Shown: positions 9,909 through 20,885, counted from the first letter of the stretch. The stretch: 60,239 nucleotides of DNA from Myxococcales bacterium (GCA_038320275.1 JBBQEB010000004.1:1-60239), one strand, 5' to 3'. Notes: a model not told the origin generated them from the sequence alone. Numbers and translations: made by a program.

Positions 9909-10969
9909 TCGAGGAGCACGAGCTCGGAGCAGAAGCCCGGCCCCATGGCGATCATGAGGCCCTTGTCCCCAGGCTTCCCCTCGTCCGAGGCGAGGAGCTC
10001 GCTCATGACGAAGAGCACGGAGGCGCTGGAGAGATTGCCCACCTCCCGCAGCGAGCGCCAGGAGCGGGCGAGCGCGTCGGGTGGCAGCGCCAGCGCGCTC
10101 TCGAACGCCTCCAGCACCTTGGGCCCGCCGGTGTGCGCGACCCAGTGGCGGATGTCCCGCCGGGTGAGCCCTTCGTCGGCGAGGAACGCGTCCACGTCCG
10201 CGCCGATGTGCGCCTGCACGATCTGCGGCACGTTGGACGAGAGCACCACCTTGAAGCCGGAGTCGACCACGTCCCAGCCCATGACCCGCTCGGTGTCCCG
10301 GTAGAAGACCGATCGCGAGGCGCGGACGCGCGGCCCGGAGCCGGCGCGCCCGCCGCCGGTGAGCACCATGGCCGCGGCGCCGTCTCCGAACAGGCCCGAG
10401 GCGACGATGTTCGCGACCGACAGGTCCTCGCGCTGGAGCGTGAGCGAGCAGAGCTCCACTGAGAGCAGCACCGCCACCTCGCCCGGGAACGCCCTCAGGT
10501 AGTCGGCGGCACGGGCGGTGCCCGCCGCCCCGGCCACGCAGCCGAGGCCGAACATGGGCGTGCGCTTCATGCGCGAGGGCAGGCCCAGCCGGTTCGCGAG
10601 CCGCGCGTCGATGGAGGGCGTCGCGATGCCGGTGACCGTCACGAAGAACAGGTGATCGACGTCGGAGGGCGCGAGGCCCGCCTTCGAGAGCGCGTCGCGC
10701 ACGGCCGCCTCGCCGAGCTCCTGGGCGGCGACGATCCAGGCATCGTTCCCCTTGGCGAAGGAGTTGATGGCGGGATACGCCTCCAGCGGGAGAGCGAGGT
10801 TGCGCCCGGTCACCTGGACGGCGCGATGCAAGTCGGCCAGGCGATCGACGTTGAAGTGCTTCTCCGCCCAGAGGCCACGCAGGGCTGCGATGAGGGTCTC
10901 CTGGTCGACGTGGTGGGCTGGAAGAGCGCGCCCGACGGCGCTCACGCGGGGTGCTGGTTGGGACGGCAG
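9902..10969 (-). CDS. Type III polyketide synthase (chalcone synthase-like; SrsA/BpsA/FtpA type)
   Basis: Catalytic triad motifs GLGCVAG, AHTGGPK, GNLSSAS and GPGF. Start uncertain: CTG at 10969 lies 6 nt after GGAGG; alternatives are GTG 10945 and the ORF limit 11089. Confidence 0.93.
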   Translation of the reverse strand: MPSQPAPRVSAVGRALPAHHVDQETLIAALRGLWAEKHFNVDRLADLHRAVQVTGRNLALPLEAYPAINSFAKGNDAWIVAAQELGEAAVRDALSKAGLAPSDVDHLFFVTVTGIATPSIDARLANRLGLPSRMKRTPMFGLGCVAGAAGTARAADYLRAFPGEVAVLLSVELCSLTLQREDLSVANIVASGLFGDGAAAMVLTGGGRAGSGPRVRASRSVFYRDTERVMGWDVVDSGFKVVLSSNVPQIVQAHIGADVDAFLADEGLTRRDIRHWVAHTGGPKVLEAFESALALPPDALARSWRSLREVGNLSSASVLFVMSELLASDEGKPGDKGLMIAMGPGFCSELVLLEW

Positions 10970-11164
10970 GTGTCGCCTCCGTGATCGTTCGTGGGGACAA
11001 TGGCCGCCGAGCCAAGCGGTTTCAAGGTCCACTCGGGCCGCGAGCCTGGTGCGGCGCGGCGCCACGCCCTGATCGGACGCACCCGCCAAGGAGGGTTTTC
11101 ATCCCCGCAGCGAGGGTGTCAGCATCCCTGGACCGCTGTACGCCAGAGTGAGGAGACGAGCCCA

Positions 11165-11437
11165 ATGCGGATTGCGTTCGACGAGCTGGTGCCCGAAGGG
11201 GAAGAGGTCACCTGCGTCGGCTTCGCTCAGTCGTTGCACGAAGCCCGCGCCATGAAGTTCCGGCTGGAGGAGGCGCACCTCGACTTCGCGGTGGAGGTGG
11301 AGCCGCACGCCTCGTTCGAGGTGGAGGGGCCGGCCGAAGGCGACGATCGCCCCCTGGCGGCCTTCTTCGTGGCGGCGAGCGACGCGCATCTCGCGCTGGG
11401 CGCGCTGCGGGCGACGCAGCCGCGCGCGCACGCCTGA
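11165..11437 (+). CDS. Small acidic hypothetical protein
   Basis: ATG after GAGGAG; GC3-biased codons; 90 aa. Confidence 0.6.
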   Translation: MRIAFDELVPEGEEVTCVGFAQSLHEARAMKFRLEEAHLDFAVEVEPHASFEVEGPAEGDDRPLAAFFVAASDAHLALGALRATQPRAHA

Positions 11438-11512
11438 CGCGCACGCCGGACGGAGCTCGCTTCCGCTCCGCGGGCCACTTGCCACGGGTCGTTGCGCCCT
11501 TACGTTGGCGCC

Positions 11513-14152
11513 ATGAGACCCGACCGCTTGACCACCAAGGCGCAGGAGGCGCTGCAGGCTGCGTCTGCGCAGGCGCGCCGCCGCGACCACCAGGCCGTCG
11601 CGCCCGAGCACCTCGTGCTGGCGCTGCTCGAGGGCGACGATGGTGTCGCCCGCCCGGTGCTGGAGAAGATCGGCGCAGACCCGGCGCTGGTCGCCTCCCG
11701 GCTGGAGGACGAGCTGCGCGCCTTTCCCAAGGTGCAGGGCGCGGAGCCGTACACGGCCCACGCGCTCCTCAAGCTCCTCGACCGCGCCGAGGACGAGGCC
11801 AAGAAGCTGAAGGACGAGTACGTCTCGACCGAGCACATGCTGCTCGCCGCGAGCGAGGAGAAGGGCGGGACCGGCGAGGCGCTGCGGGCGGCCGGCGCGA
11901 CTCCGGAGCGCGTCCGCGAGGCGGTGAAGGCGATGCGCGGCGGAGCCCGCGTCACCTCGCCGGAGGCCGAGAGCCAGTACCGCTCGCTGGAGAAGTACGC
12001 CAAGGACCTCACCCAGCTCGCCCGCGACGGCAAGCTCGACCCGGTGGTGGGGCGCGACGACGAGATCCGGCGGGTGGTGCAGATCCTCTCCCGCCGCACC
12101 AAGAACAACCCCGTCCTGGTGGGAGATCCCGGCGTCGGCAAGACCGCCATCGCCGAGGGGCTCGCGCGCCGCATCGTGGACGGCGACGTCCCGGAGGGGC
12201 TGAAGAACAAGCGCATCATGGCGCTCGACCTGGGCTCGCTCGTCGCGGGCACCAAGTTCCGCGGCGAGTTCGAGGAGCGGCTCAAGGCGGTGCTGAAGGA
12301 GGTGACCGCCAGCGAGGGGCAGATCATCCTCTTCATCGACGAGATGCACACCATCGTGGGCGCGGGCGCGGCAGAGGGCGCCATGGACGCCGGCAACATG
12401 CTGAAGCCCGCCCTGGCGCGCGGAGAGCTGCACGCCATCGGGGCCACCACGGTGAACGAGTACCGCAAGCACATCGAGAAGGACCCCGCGCTGGAGCGGC
12501 GGTTCCAGCCCGTCTTCGTGGGCGAGCCCTCCGTCGCGGACACCATCTCCATCCTGCGCGGGCTCAAGGAGCGGTACGAGGTGCACCACAAGGTGCGCAT
12601 CCAGGACGCGGCCCTCGTCGAGGCTGCCCGGCTCAGCCATCGCTACATCGCCGACCGCTTCCTCCCCGACAAGGCCATCGACCTCGTGGACGAGGCCGCC
12701 AGCAGACTGCGCATCGAGATCGACTCCATGCCCACCGAGGTGGACGAGGTGCGGCGCCGCGTCGGCCAGCTCGAGATCGAGAAGCAGGGGCTCATGAAGG
12801 AGCGCGACGAGGCCTCGCGCGCGCGGCTCGCGCATGTGGAGAAGGAGCTGGCCAGCCTGGGCGAGGAGTTCACCGCCCTGAAGGCGCGCTGGGAGGGCGA
12901 GAAGAAGGTCATCCAGGACGTGGCCGGCGCCAAGGAGGAGATGGAGAAGCTGCGCAGCGAGCAGGCCGCGGCCGAGCGCAACGCCGACTTCAACCGCGCC
13001 GCCGAGATCAAGTTCGGCCTCCTTCCCGAGCTCACCCGCAGGGCGGCGGAGCAGGAGGCGAAGCTCGCCGAGCTGCAGCGGGCGGGCGCCATGCTGAAGG
13101 AGGAGGTCACCCCGGAGGAGATCGCCGAGGTGGTCTCGAACTGGACGAAGATCCCGGTCACGAAGCTGGTGGAGGGCGAGTCCTCGAAGCTCCTCGCCAT
13201 GGAGGAGAAGCTACACGAGCGCGTGGTGGGACAGGAGGAGGCCCTCACCGCGGTCTCGGCAGCGGTGCGCCGCGCCCGCTCCGGGCTGCAGGACCCCAAC
13301 CGGCCCATCGGCAGCTTCATCTTCCTCGGCCCCACCGGCGTCGGGAAGACCGAGACCGCCCGCGCGCTGGCCGAATTCCTCTTCGACGACGAGGCGGCCA
13401 TGATCCGCCTCGACATGAGCGAGTACATGGAGAAGCACGCGGTGTCGCGGCTGCTGGGCGCGCCTCCGGGATACGTGGGCTACGAGGAGGGCGGGCAGCT
13501 CACCGAGGCGGTGCGCCGACGCCCGTACTCGGTGGTGCTGTTCGACGAGATCGAGAAGGCGCACCGTGACGTCTTCAACGTGCTCCTCCAGATCCTCGAC
13601 GACGGCCGGCTCACCGATGGCCAGGGGCGTACCGTCGACTTCCGCAACACGGTGGTTCTCATGACCTCGAACACCGGTTCGGAGGAGATCCAGCGGCTGG
13701 CCAGCCGCGGGGCTCCGCTTGCCGAGATGCGGACCGCGGCCCTGGACGCCCTGCGCAGCGAGTTCAGGCCGGAGTTCCTCAACCGGGTGGACGACATCGT
13801 GGTCTTCCGGCCGCTCGGGCGCGAGGACCTGGGGCGCATCGTCGAGATCCAGCTCGGGAGGCTTCGCAAGTTGCTCGCCGACCGCAAGCTCACCATCGAG
13901 CTCACCGAAGCTGCGCGCGAGACGGTGGCCGACGCAGGCTACGACCCCGTGTACGGCGCCCGCCCGCTCAAGCGGGCGCTGCAGCGGCTCGTCCAGGACC
14001 CCCTCGCGGGCAAGATCCTGCGCGGCGAGTTCAAGTCCGGCGACCACATCGTGGTGGACGAGGGCAACGGCGAGACGCTCGACTTCGGGAAGGGTGTGGT
14101 GAGCACCGTCCCGGAGGCTCCGCCCCGGAAGAAGCGGACCTCGGCGCGCTGA
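11513..14152 (+). CDS. clpB: ATP-dependent disaggregase ClpB
   Basis: Two AAA+ modules ([16 protein letters not shown]), long coiled-coil middle domain, GYVG pore loop, YGARPLKR. Confidence 0.97.
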   Translation: MRPDRLTTKAQEALQAASAQARRRDHQAVAPEHLVLALLEGDDGVARPVLEKIGADPALVASRLEDELRAFPKVQGAEPYTAHALLKLLDRAEDEAKKLKDEYVSTEHMLLAASEEKGGTGEALRAAGATPERVREAVKAMRGGARVTSPEAESQYRSLEKYAKDLTQLARDGKLDPVVGRDDEIRRVVQILSRRTKNNPVLVGDPGVGKTAIAEGLARRIVDGDVPEGLKNKRIMALDLGSLVAGTKFRGEFEERLKAVLKEVTASEGQIILFIDEMHTIVGAGAAEGAMDAGNMLKPALARGELHAIGATTVNEYRKHIEKDPALERRFQPVFVGEPSVADTISILRGLKERYEVHHKVRIQDAALVEAARLSHRYIADRFLPDKAIDLVDEAASRLRIEIDSMPTEVDEVRRRVGQLEIEKQGLMKERDEASRARLAHVEKELASLGEEFTALKARWEGEKKVIQDVAGAKEEMEKLRSEQAAAERNADFNRAAEIKFGLLPELTRRAAEQEAKLAELQRAGAMLKEEVTPEEIAEVVSNWTKIPVTKLVEGESSKLLAMEEKLHERVVGQEEALTAVSAAVRRARSGLQDPNRPIGSFIFLGPTGVGKTETARALAEFLFDDEAAMIRLDMSEYMEKHAVSRLLGAPPGYVGYEEGGQLTEAVRRRPYSVVLFDEIEKAHRDVFNVLLQILDDGRLTDGQGRTVDFRNTVVLMTSNTGSEEIQRLASRGAPLAEMRTAALDALRSEFRPEFLNRVDDIVVFRPLGREDLGRIVEIQLGRLRKLLADRKLTIELTEAARETVADAGYDPVYGARPLKRALQRLVQDPLAGKILRGEFKSGDHIVVDEGNGETLDFGKGVVSTVPEAPPRKKRTSAR

Positions 14153-14263
14153 CCGGACCCCGACCTCGGTCCGCGCGCCGGCTGCCGGCCCTCCCATGCC
14201 CGCGCGCTTGGGGGGTGCGGCGCAGCCGGGCGGTCGGCTATACCGCACGGCGAGGGCTCGACG

Positions 14264-15676
14264 ATGGAATCCACGACGCCGCGGCCGCTCGTCCGCGTGG
14301 GGCTCGCCTTCGCGGCGGTGATGATCGGGTTCGTGGGAGCCGTGGTCTACATCCCGCTCGCGCTGCAGCCGCTCGCGCTGCAGCCGCTCGCGCGCCGCGC
14401 CGAGGAGGTGCAGCAGAACTACGCCCTCTCCATCCGGCAGCTCTCCGAGCTGCGCGGATACCTGCGCGACGCGCGGATGGCGTCCCTGCTCCTGTTCCAG
14501 TCCCGATGGGACCCGACCATCGCTCGTGCGGCGCAGCAGAGCGGGATCGACGCCGCCCTCGCGCGGATGCAGGCGCTCGCGAGCGCCTATTCGCTGCTGT
14601 CGCGGACGCCGGAAGAGGAGTCGGTCTGGGGCCGATGGCGCGAGGCGGAGCTGCCGCGACTGCAGCGCGCCATCGACGCCGTCGTCGAGCTTCGCTCGGC
14701 CGAACGGGACGACCCAGCCTTGCTCCAGAAGCTGATGGAGGCTGGAGTCTCGATCGACGCGGCGACCCAGCAGCTCATCGAGCTGAACGCCACCTTCACG
14801 CGGCTCGAAACGGAGCACATCCACGCTGGGCTCCAGCGGCTCTCGGTGGGCTACGTCGCCCTCGCCCTGGTCGGGTCGGCGGGTGCCGTGCTCCTTCTCT
14901 TCACCACGCTCGGCTCGCTCCGCCGCTCGGCGGCGACGATCGCGCGGCGGATCGCGGAGCTGGAAGCCTTCGCCGGCCAGATCTCGCACGACCTGCGCAG
15001 CCCGCTTCAGGCCATCCAGCTCTCGGTCTCCACGATCGAGTCGAAGTCGGAGGACGACGACATCCGGCGCCTCGCCGCGCGGGCCACGGGAGGGGTCCGC
15101 AGGGTGGACACGATGATCCCGGATCTGCTGCAGTTCGCCCGCAGCGGCGAGGACGTCCGTTCCGGCTCTCGCGCCGAGGTGACGCCGATCCTCGAGAGGA
15201 TCGTCGCGGACTTCCACGCCCAGGCGGAACGGGCCGGCGTGGCGCTGACCGCGCAGAGCGCGCCTGTCGAGGCGGCCATCGTGCCCGTCGCCCTCGAGAC
15301 CATCCTCGCGAACCTGGTCGAGAACGCGATCAAGTACCGCAATCCAGGAGGGGACAACCGCGTGACGCTGTCCGGCTTCGCGGGCCCCGACGGCCAGGTG
15401 AGCCTGACCGTGGAGGATACCGGGATCGGCATCCCAGAGAGCTTGCTCCCGCGCGTGTTCGACCCGTTCTTCAAGGCGAACCAGCGGCCCGACAGCTACG
15501 GCCTGGGGCTCGCCACGGTCAAGCGGCTCATCGACGCGCACCGGGGCTCGATCGCCGTCGAGTCAAAAGAGGGACGAGGGACCACCTTCACGCTCACGCT
15601 TCCGGTGCCCAAGGAGCGGGGCCCAGGGCCATCGCAGGGGCCCGCGGGGGGGCGAGCGCAGCAGTTCACGTCCTGA
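14264..15676 (+). CDS. Membrane sensor histidine kinase
   Basis: Two TM segments with periplasmic helical domain; SHDLRSPL H-box; NAIKY, DTGIGI, GLGL boxes. Confidence 0.92.
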   Translation: MESTTPRPLVRVGLAFAAVMIGFVGAVVYIPLALQPLALQPLARRAEEVQQNYALSIRQLSELRGYLRDARMASLLLFQSRWDPTIARAAQQSGIDAALARMQALASAYSLLSRTPEEESVWGRWREAELPRLQRAIDAVVELRSAERDDPALLQKLMEAGVSIDAATQQLIELNATFTRLETEHIHAGLQRLSVGYVALALVGSAGAVLLLFTTLGSLRRSAATIARRIAELEAFAGQISHDLRSPLQAIQLSVSTIESKSEDDDIRRLAARATGGVRRVDTMIPDLLQFARSGEDVRSGSRAEVTPILERIVADFHAQAERAGVALTAQSAPVEAAIVPVALETILANLVENAIKYRNPGGDNRVTLSGFAGPDGQVSLTVEDTGIGIPESLLPRVFDPFFKANQRPDSYGLGLATVKRLIDAHRGSIAVESKEGRGTTFTLTLPVPKERGPGPSQGPAGGRAQQFTS

Positions 15677-15722
15677 CCGTTCTGGGCACCGGGAGGAGCA
15701 GCCGGATTGCCTAGCGCGATGG

Positions 15723-17561
15723 CTAGACGTCCCGGCCGCGGGCGCCGAGGTACGCGTGCGCGATGGAGGTCTCGTCGACGAACCCCACGATGGCGCCCTC
15801 TGCGTCGGTGACCGGCAGCTCGCGAACGCCCCGCGACAGCATGGCCTCGAACGCGGACCGCACCCCGTCGTCGAGGCTCAAGGTCACGGGAGGTCGCATC
15901 GCGTCGGCCGCGTTGGCGATGCCGTCGAGGTGCGGCTCGCTCGCGAGCCCGATGAGATCCTGAAGCGTGAGCATTCCGATGATCGTTCGGCCATCCACGA
16001 CGGGAAAGACCTCCTGCCGCGTCCGGTCGGACATGACTTTCATGAGCTCGCCGAACCCGGCGCCGCGATCCAGGGTGACGAAGGGCGCCGTGTCGAGCGG
16101 CACCTGGCGCAGGGAGAGCCCCTCCAGCTTGTCCGCCAGTGACTCCTCACGGAGCTGCACGCCATCTTGCTCGAGCAGGGCCTCGTAGATCGGGGTCGGG
16201 CGGTAGTGTCGCGCGATTCCGTAGGCCAGCATGTTCGCGATCATGAGCGGCAGGATGAGCGAGTACCCTCCCGTCATCTCGACGATGATCAAGACCGAGG
16301 TGATCGGCGCGCGGATGATCCCCGCGAAGACCGCCCCCATCCCGACCAGGGCGAATGCTCCCAGCGCGTCGCTGGAATGGTGCAGCAGGGTCATGTCGAG
16401 CGCGCCGACGGCGCCGCCCGCCATCCCGCCGATGAACAGCGCTGGCGCGAAGATCCCCCCCGCGCCCCCGCTGGAGTACGAGAAGACGGTCGCTGCCAGC
16501 TTGAAGAGGCACAGCGGGACGAGCAATCCGAAGGCCACCTTGCCGGCCAGCGCCGCTCCGAGGGTGGCGTAGCCGCCCCCGGTCACGCCCTTTCCGCCGA
16601 GGGCCATGGCCGCGACCGCGAGCATGCCCGTCACGAGCCCGCCGATCGCGGGATGGGCCCAGCGGTGCCGCGCCCGCTTGAAGCGCTTGCGCAGCGCGAG
16701 CAGCGATTCGGTGAACGCGAGCGCGAGAGCTGCCGCCACCAGCCCCAGGATCGCGTACAGGACGAGGGAGGACAGGTGCTCCAGTCCGTAGGGCCGAGCG
16801 ATCTCGAAGATGGGGTGAACGCCGAGGACGCTCCGTTCGACGATGGCCGCAAGCGCAGCGGCGACCACCACCCCGGAGAGGACCGTCTGGTCCAGGTTTC
16901 CAACGACCTCCTCGATGGTGAAGGTGACGGCGGCGATGGGAGCATTGAATGCGGCGGCGATACCCGCTGCCGCCCCGACGGGCAGCAGCCGCCTCACGTT
17001 CTGCGGCGAGACGCCTGCCAGCCGGCCCACCCGCGAGGCGAGCCCTGCGCAGATCTGGACGGTGGGCCCCTCGCGCCCGAGCGAGGACCCTGTGCCGATC
17101 TGCAGCGCCGAGATGAAGAACTTGCCGACCGAGTCGCGCATCCGCAGGTGACCGCCCCTGCCTGCGTACGCGATCTTGACCTGCGGGATTCCGCTACCCC
17201 TCGCGTTCGGCACGACGTATTCGAGGAGCGCTCCGGAAGCGAGGCCGCCCAGCGTTGGGATGAGCAGCGTCAGCGGAATCCATGCGGCTCCGGGAGCCGT
17301 GGCCGCGGAATCGATCGCGAGGTGGGACACCAGGTTGATGAGCAGGTGAAACGCCACCGCTGCCAGGCCGCAGAGGCCGCCGATCACCACGGTCAGCGCG
17401 AGGAGCTTTTGCCGCTCCCCGAGGGCCATTCGAAACCCTCGGGGAACCAGCCGCGCGAGGGAGCTCAGCAGCCGCGCTCCCCTTCCCAGACTCTGCACGA
17501 CGCCACGCCCTGACGGAGCCGTCTTCCGCGTCGCGTCCTCGTTCCTCACGGGCCAAGGCAT
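15723..17561 (-). CDS. ClC-family chloride channel/H+-Cl- antiporter with C-terminal CBS domains
   Basis: GSGIP, GREGP, GIFAP signatures and FTIEE; start uncertain (17429/17561/17585). Confidence 0.92.
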   Translation of the reverse strand: MPWPVRNEDATRKTAPSGRGVVQSLGRGARLLSSLARLVPRGFRMALGERQKLLALTVVIGGLCGLAAVAFHLLINLVSHLAIDSAATAPGAAWIPLTLLIPTLGGLASGALLEYVVPNARGSGIPQVKIAYAGRGGHLRMRDSVGKFFISALQIGTGSSLGREGPTVQICAGLASRVGRLAGVSPQNVRRLLPVGAAAGIAAAFNAPIAAVTFTIEEVVGNLDQTVLSGVVVAAALAAIVERSVLGVHPIFEIARPYGLEHLSSLVLYAILGLVAAALALAFTESLLALRKRFKRARHRWAHPAIGGLVTGMLAVAAMALGGKGVTGGGYATLGAALAGKVAFGLLVPLCLFKLAATVFSYSSGGAGGIFAPALFIGGMAGGAVGALDMTLLHHSSDALGAFALVGMGAVFAGIIRAPITSVLIIVEMTGGYSLILPLMIANMLAYGIARHYRPTPIYEALLEQDGVQLREESLADKLEGLSLRQVPLDTAPFVTLDRGAGFGELMKVMSDRTRQEVFPVVDGRTIIGMLTLQDLIGLASEPHLDGIANAADAMRPPVTLSLDDGVRSAFEAMLSRGVRELPVTDAEGAIVGFVDETSIAHAYLGARGRDV

Positions 17562-17637
17562 AGGAGCGGGCGGCCCGAGAAGCACACGATCGTCCCGCCG
17601 GCGCTTTTCACGGCGTTCCCGGCGCCGATGGTGACGT

Positions 17638-18372
17638 TCAGTAAAACACCTCGTCCAGACAAAGGCCCTGCGGCGGAGCGGTCTTGCCGGCGAGGGCGCG
17701 GTCGCGCGAGGCGAGGAGCTCCGGCATGGAGCCCGCCTGCCGTCGGCCGAGCCCCACCTCCACCAGCGTACCCACGATGTTCCTCACCATGTGACGCACG
17801 AAGGCGGTGGCCTCCACCTCGACCCGGAGCTCCTCCCCGCTCTCGAGGAGGTCGAGCCGGGTGAGGTCGCGCACGGCATGCGCCGCGGCGCAGCCGGCCG
17901 CCTGAAAGCAGGCGAAGTCGTGCCGGCCCACGAGAGGTGCTGCCGCAACGCGCATGGCGCCGAGGTCGAGCGCGCGAGAGAGCTGCCAGGTCTGGAGCCG
18001 CGAGAGTGGTCTGCGCGAGGAAGAGCGCAGGATCCGGTAGACGTACCGCTTGCCGCGGGCGCTCCTCCGCGCGTCGAAGCCCTCCCCCTCGAGCGCCGCC
18101 TCCCTCACCGCGATGTCGGGCGGGAGGAGCGCGTTGAGGCCCTTCGCGTAGGCTGCCAGCGGGAGCGGCGCCGGCTCGGGAAGGCTCGCCACCTGCCCGA
18201 GGGCGTGGACCCCGGCGTCGGTCCTGCCCGCCCCGGTCACGCGGCGCGGTGCGCCGCTGAGGATCGCGAGCGCTCCCTCCAGCTCGCCCTGGATGGAAGG
18301 GCCGTTGGGCTGCACCTGCCACCCGACGTAGCGCGTGCCGTCGTACTCCAGGGTGAGACGCAGGACCGGCAC
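17638..18372 (-). CDS. truA: tRNA pseudouridine(38-40) synthase
   Basis: YDGT.Y.GWQ, GRTDAGVHA, MVRNIVGTL, TAPPQGL. Confidence 0.96.
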   Translation of the reverse strand: MPVLRLTLEYDGTRYVGWQVQPNGPSIQGELEGALAILSGAPRRVTGAGRTDAGVHALGQVASLPEPAPLPLAAYAKGLNALLPPDIAVREAALEGEGFDARRSARGKRYVYRILRSSSRRPLSRLQTWQLSRALDLGAMRVAAAPLVGRHDFACFQAAGCAAAHAVRDLTRLDLLESGEELRVEVEATAFVRHMVRNIVGTLVEVGLGRRQAGSMPELLASRDRALAGKTAPPQGLCLDEVFY

Positions 18373-18505
18373 CGGCCGACGGTATCACTGAGCACCGCGG
18401 GGGAGGCCTTCGGCTCGCGCTCCGACCTGGGGCTGATGAACGGGCGGGTCGGGTCGGAGAGCTCCGCAGGGAAGCTGGTATCTTGCGGGACGTGAGGCGC
18501 TGCGT

Positions 18506-20635
18506 TTACCGGCTCACCGCCGGACAGTACTGCTTGGGCAGGATGACAGCGTTGTTCGTCTTGCCCCCGCACTCGCCCACCACGCCCTGCCCGGTGCCGT
18601 CGTCGTTCAGCGACACCACCAGATCCGTCGGCACGCTCGGCGCCGGAGCGATGTCGAGGCTGACCGTCTCGGCGGCGCCGGGGACGATGGCGCCGGTGGT
18701 GTGCGCGACGCCGAGGAGCGGCCCTCCCACCTGACCGGAGTAGAGCGCCACCGGCACGCCCGCCGTCACCAGCACCGCGCCGCGGTTCCAGACGTCGACG
18801 CTCACGCTGATCTTCGCCGGGCACGAGGACGCGTTCACCCTCGCATCGCCCACCGAGGCCGCCAGGTCCGGCGCGCGGTAGTCGACGTTGCCCATCGAGT
18901 TCATGCGGTAGTTGTTGAGCGGCTGACCGCTCCAGGTCGCGGTCCAGTTGTTGGCCTCCTGCACCGGCACCGACCCGTCGTCGTTGATGTTCGTCACATG
19001 GTAGGCGTGCTGGTTCCAGATCGAGCGCGTGGACACCCAGTGATCGCGCAGGTCCTTGAAGACGGTGATGCCGTGCTTCCCGGAGCCGGTGTGGTTGCCC
19101 CAGGGGCACTGGATGGAGCAGACGCTGTTCGTCGCCACCACCAGCTCGGCGCGCCCGTCCCTGTCCACGTCGGCGATGACGGGGTTCTCGTGCACGGTGC
19201 AGGACGGATTCGGCGCCTCGAAGAGCTTGTCTCCCGAGGGGCCGTCGTACACGCGGGTGTAGCACTCGTCCCCGTACACGACCTGTGCGCGCCCCTCGCG
19301 CTGGAAGTCGAACACCGAGCTCCCGGTGACGCGGCTCTGGTCCTGGGTGGGGTTCGACCAGAGGATGGGGTTCGCCGCGAACGGCTTGAACACCGTGTAG
19401 GTCGAGGCGCCTGCGACGCCGATCTCGAGCTGACCGTCGCCGTCGAAGTCGGCGATGGTGGGGGCGCCGCCGCCCTTCCCATCGGTGATGCCGGGGATGG
19501 TGACCGGGCCCCAGACCACGTGCCCCTGCCAGTCCTGCAGCCGGACCGCGCCGCCGGAGACCACCACGATCTCGGGGTGCGCGTCTCCCGTGAAGTTCGC
19601 CACCGCGACGAGGCCGTCGGGCTGACCGTTGGGCCAGCCGGGCTTCGGGTTGCAGTGGTTGTCGTAGATGGTGTTGCCGGTAACGATGTCCGGGCTGCCG
19701 TCGAGGTCCACGTCGGCGACGGCGGAGATGGGCCCGAGCCAGTTGTCGCCTTGCCCCTCCGTGCCCTGGCACACGATCTTGCCGTGGGCATCGATGACGG
19801 TGGCGCCGATGATGACCTGCGATTCCTTGCCTCCGTAAAGGTTCGCGATGGACGGCGCGCCCCAGTACACCCGCTGGCTGGTAGCGCCGTAGAGCTTCAG
19901 CCCCTTCACCTCCCACAGGAACTTGCCGTCGGCGTCGAAGGCGATGAGCCCGTCGTCGAGCGGGGGGAGCTGCTTCTTCGTGTCCCCCGGCTGGAACTGG
20001 GTGGGGAACCGGCCGGTCACGATCTCGGTGCGCCCGTCGCCGTCGAGGTCGGCCGCGGCGAGGTTGGAGAGCCCGTTCACCGGGTAGGCGGGATCGGTGG
20101 CCCAGATATCGGTGCCGTCTCGGCCCGAGACCGCGCGCACGATGCCGGCCACCTGCGCTCCCGCGCCCTGGTTGCCGAGGATGGTGCTGAACACCACCGC
20201 GGGCGGCGTGAACACGTCCGTGGTCGTGGCGCGCAGCGGGACCACCACGGGCGTCATGAGCACGTCCGCGTACTCGGGGTGGTTCGTCGAGCCGGTCCAC
20301 TGCCAGGCGACGCGGGGCGTGAACGGACCTTTGGGGGGAACGAAGCTGCAGGAGCCGTCGGCGGCGGCGCAGACGCCCTGGACGCAAACGCCGCTGGTGC
20401 ACGCGCCGCCGGTACCGCAGGGGGCGCCCTGGCCCGTGACCGCGACGTCCACGCAGATGTCTCCCTGGTGCGTCTGCCCGGGGGCGCAGGTGATCGAGGA
20501 GCCCGGCGTCCCGCCATCGCCCGTGGAGGTGGTGCCACCGTCCGAGGTGCCCGGCCGCGCGCTGCTGCTGCTCTTGCAACTCGCCACGGCCGCGAGCACT
20601 GCCAGGACCATCACCCACTGCATGGATCGACGCAT
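18506..20635 (-). CDS. FG-GAP/VCBS-repeat lipoprotein with C-terminal CARDB-like Ig domain
   Basis: Signal peptide with lipobox VASC; repeated D-x-D-x-D-G motifs (DLDGDG, DVDLDG, DFDGDG, DVDRDG); WNQHAYHVTNI; PDL...VWNRG...NN tail. Confidence 0.8.
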   Translation of the reverse strand: MRRSMQWVMVLAVLAAVASCKSSSSARPGTSDGGTTSTGDGGTPGSSITCAPGQTHQGDICVDVAVTGQGAPCGTGGACTSGVCVQGVCAAADGSCSFVPPKGPFTPRVAWQWTGSTNHPEYADVLMTPVVVPLRATTTDVFTPPAVVFSTILGNQGAGAQVAGIVRAVSGRDGTDIWATDPAYPVNGLSNLAAADLDGDGRTEIVTGRFPTQFQPGDTKKQLPPLDDGLIAFDADGKFLWEVKGLKLYGATSQRVYWGAPSIANLYGGKESQVIIGATVIDAHGKIVCQGTEGQGDNWLGPISAVADVDLDGSPDIVTGNTIYDNHCNPKPGWPNGQPDGLVAVANFTGDAHPEIVVVSGGAVRLQDWQGHVVWGPVTIPGITDGKGGGAPTIADFDGDGQLEIGVAGASTYTVFKPFAANPILWSNPTQDQSRVTGSSVFDFQREGRAQVVYGDECYTRVYDGPSGDKLFEAPNPSCTVHENPVIADVDRDGRAELVVATNSVCSIQCPWGNHTGSGKHGITVFKDLRDHWVSTRSIWNQHAYHVTNINDDGSVPVQEANNWTATWSGQPLNNYRMNSMGNVDYRAPDLAASVGDARVNASSCPAKISVSVDVWNRGAVLVTAGVPVALYSGQVGGPLLGVAHTTGAIVPGAAETVSLDIAPAPSVPTDLVVSLNDDGTGQGVVGECGGKTNNAVILPKQYCPAVSR

Positions 20636-20885
20636 GGGGAGGCGTATTGCACGTCTCGGACCACTTCGCTCGCTCCCCCGCTCACTCAGCGGGCGCTTAC
20701 GCTTCGTTCGAGCTGCGGGCCCGCGAGGGTCGAGGGTCGCAGGTGCGACCCGCAACGGCGCGGAAAGGATCTTCTCACCCGTGGAAGTTCGCCTGCTCGC
20801 CTTTATTTTCGCCTGCTCGCCGCTATTCACGATACGTGATGAGCCGATCCGCCCGGTGAAGTGCCCCTCGCGTGAGCCGCGCGCG

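Noticed and set aside
11478..11512. Heat-shock promoter or CIRCE element upstream of clpB
   Set aside because: Only a weak CTTG...CCCTTA resemblance and no CIRCE inverted repeat.
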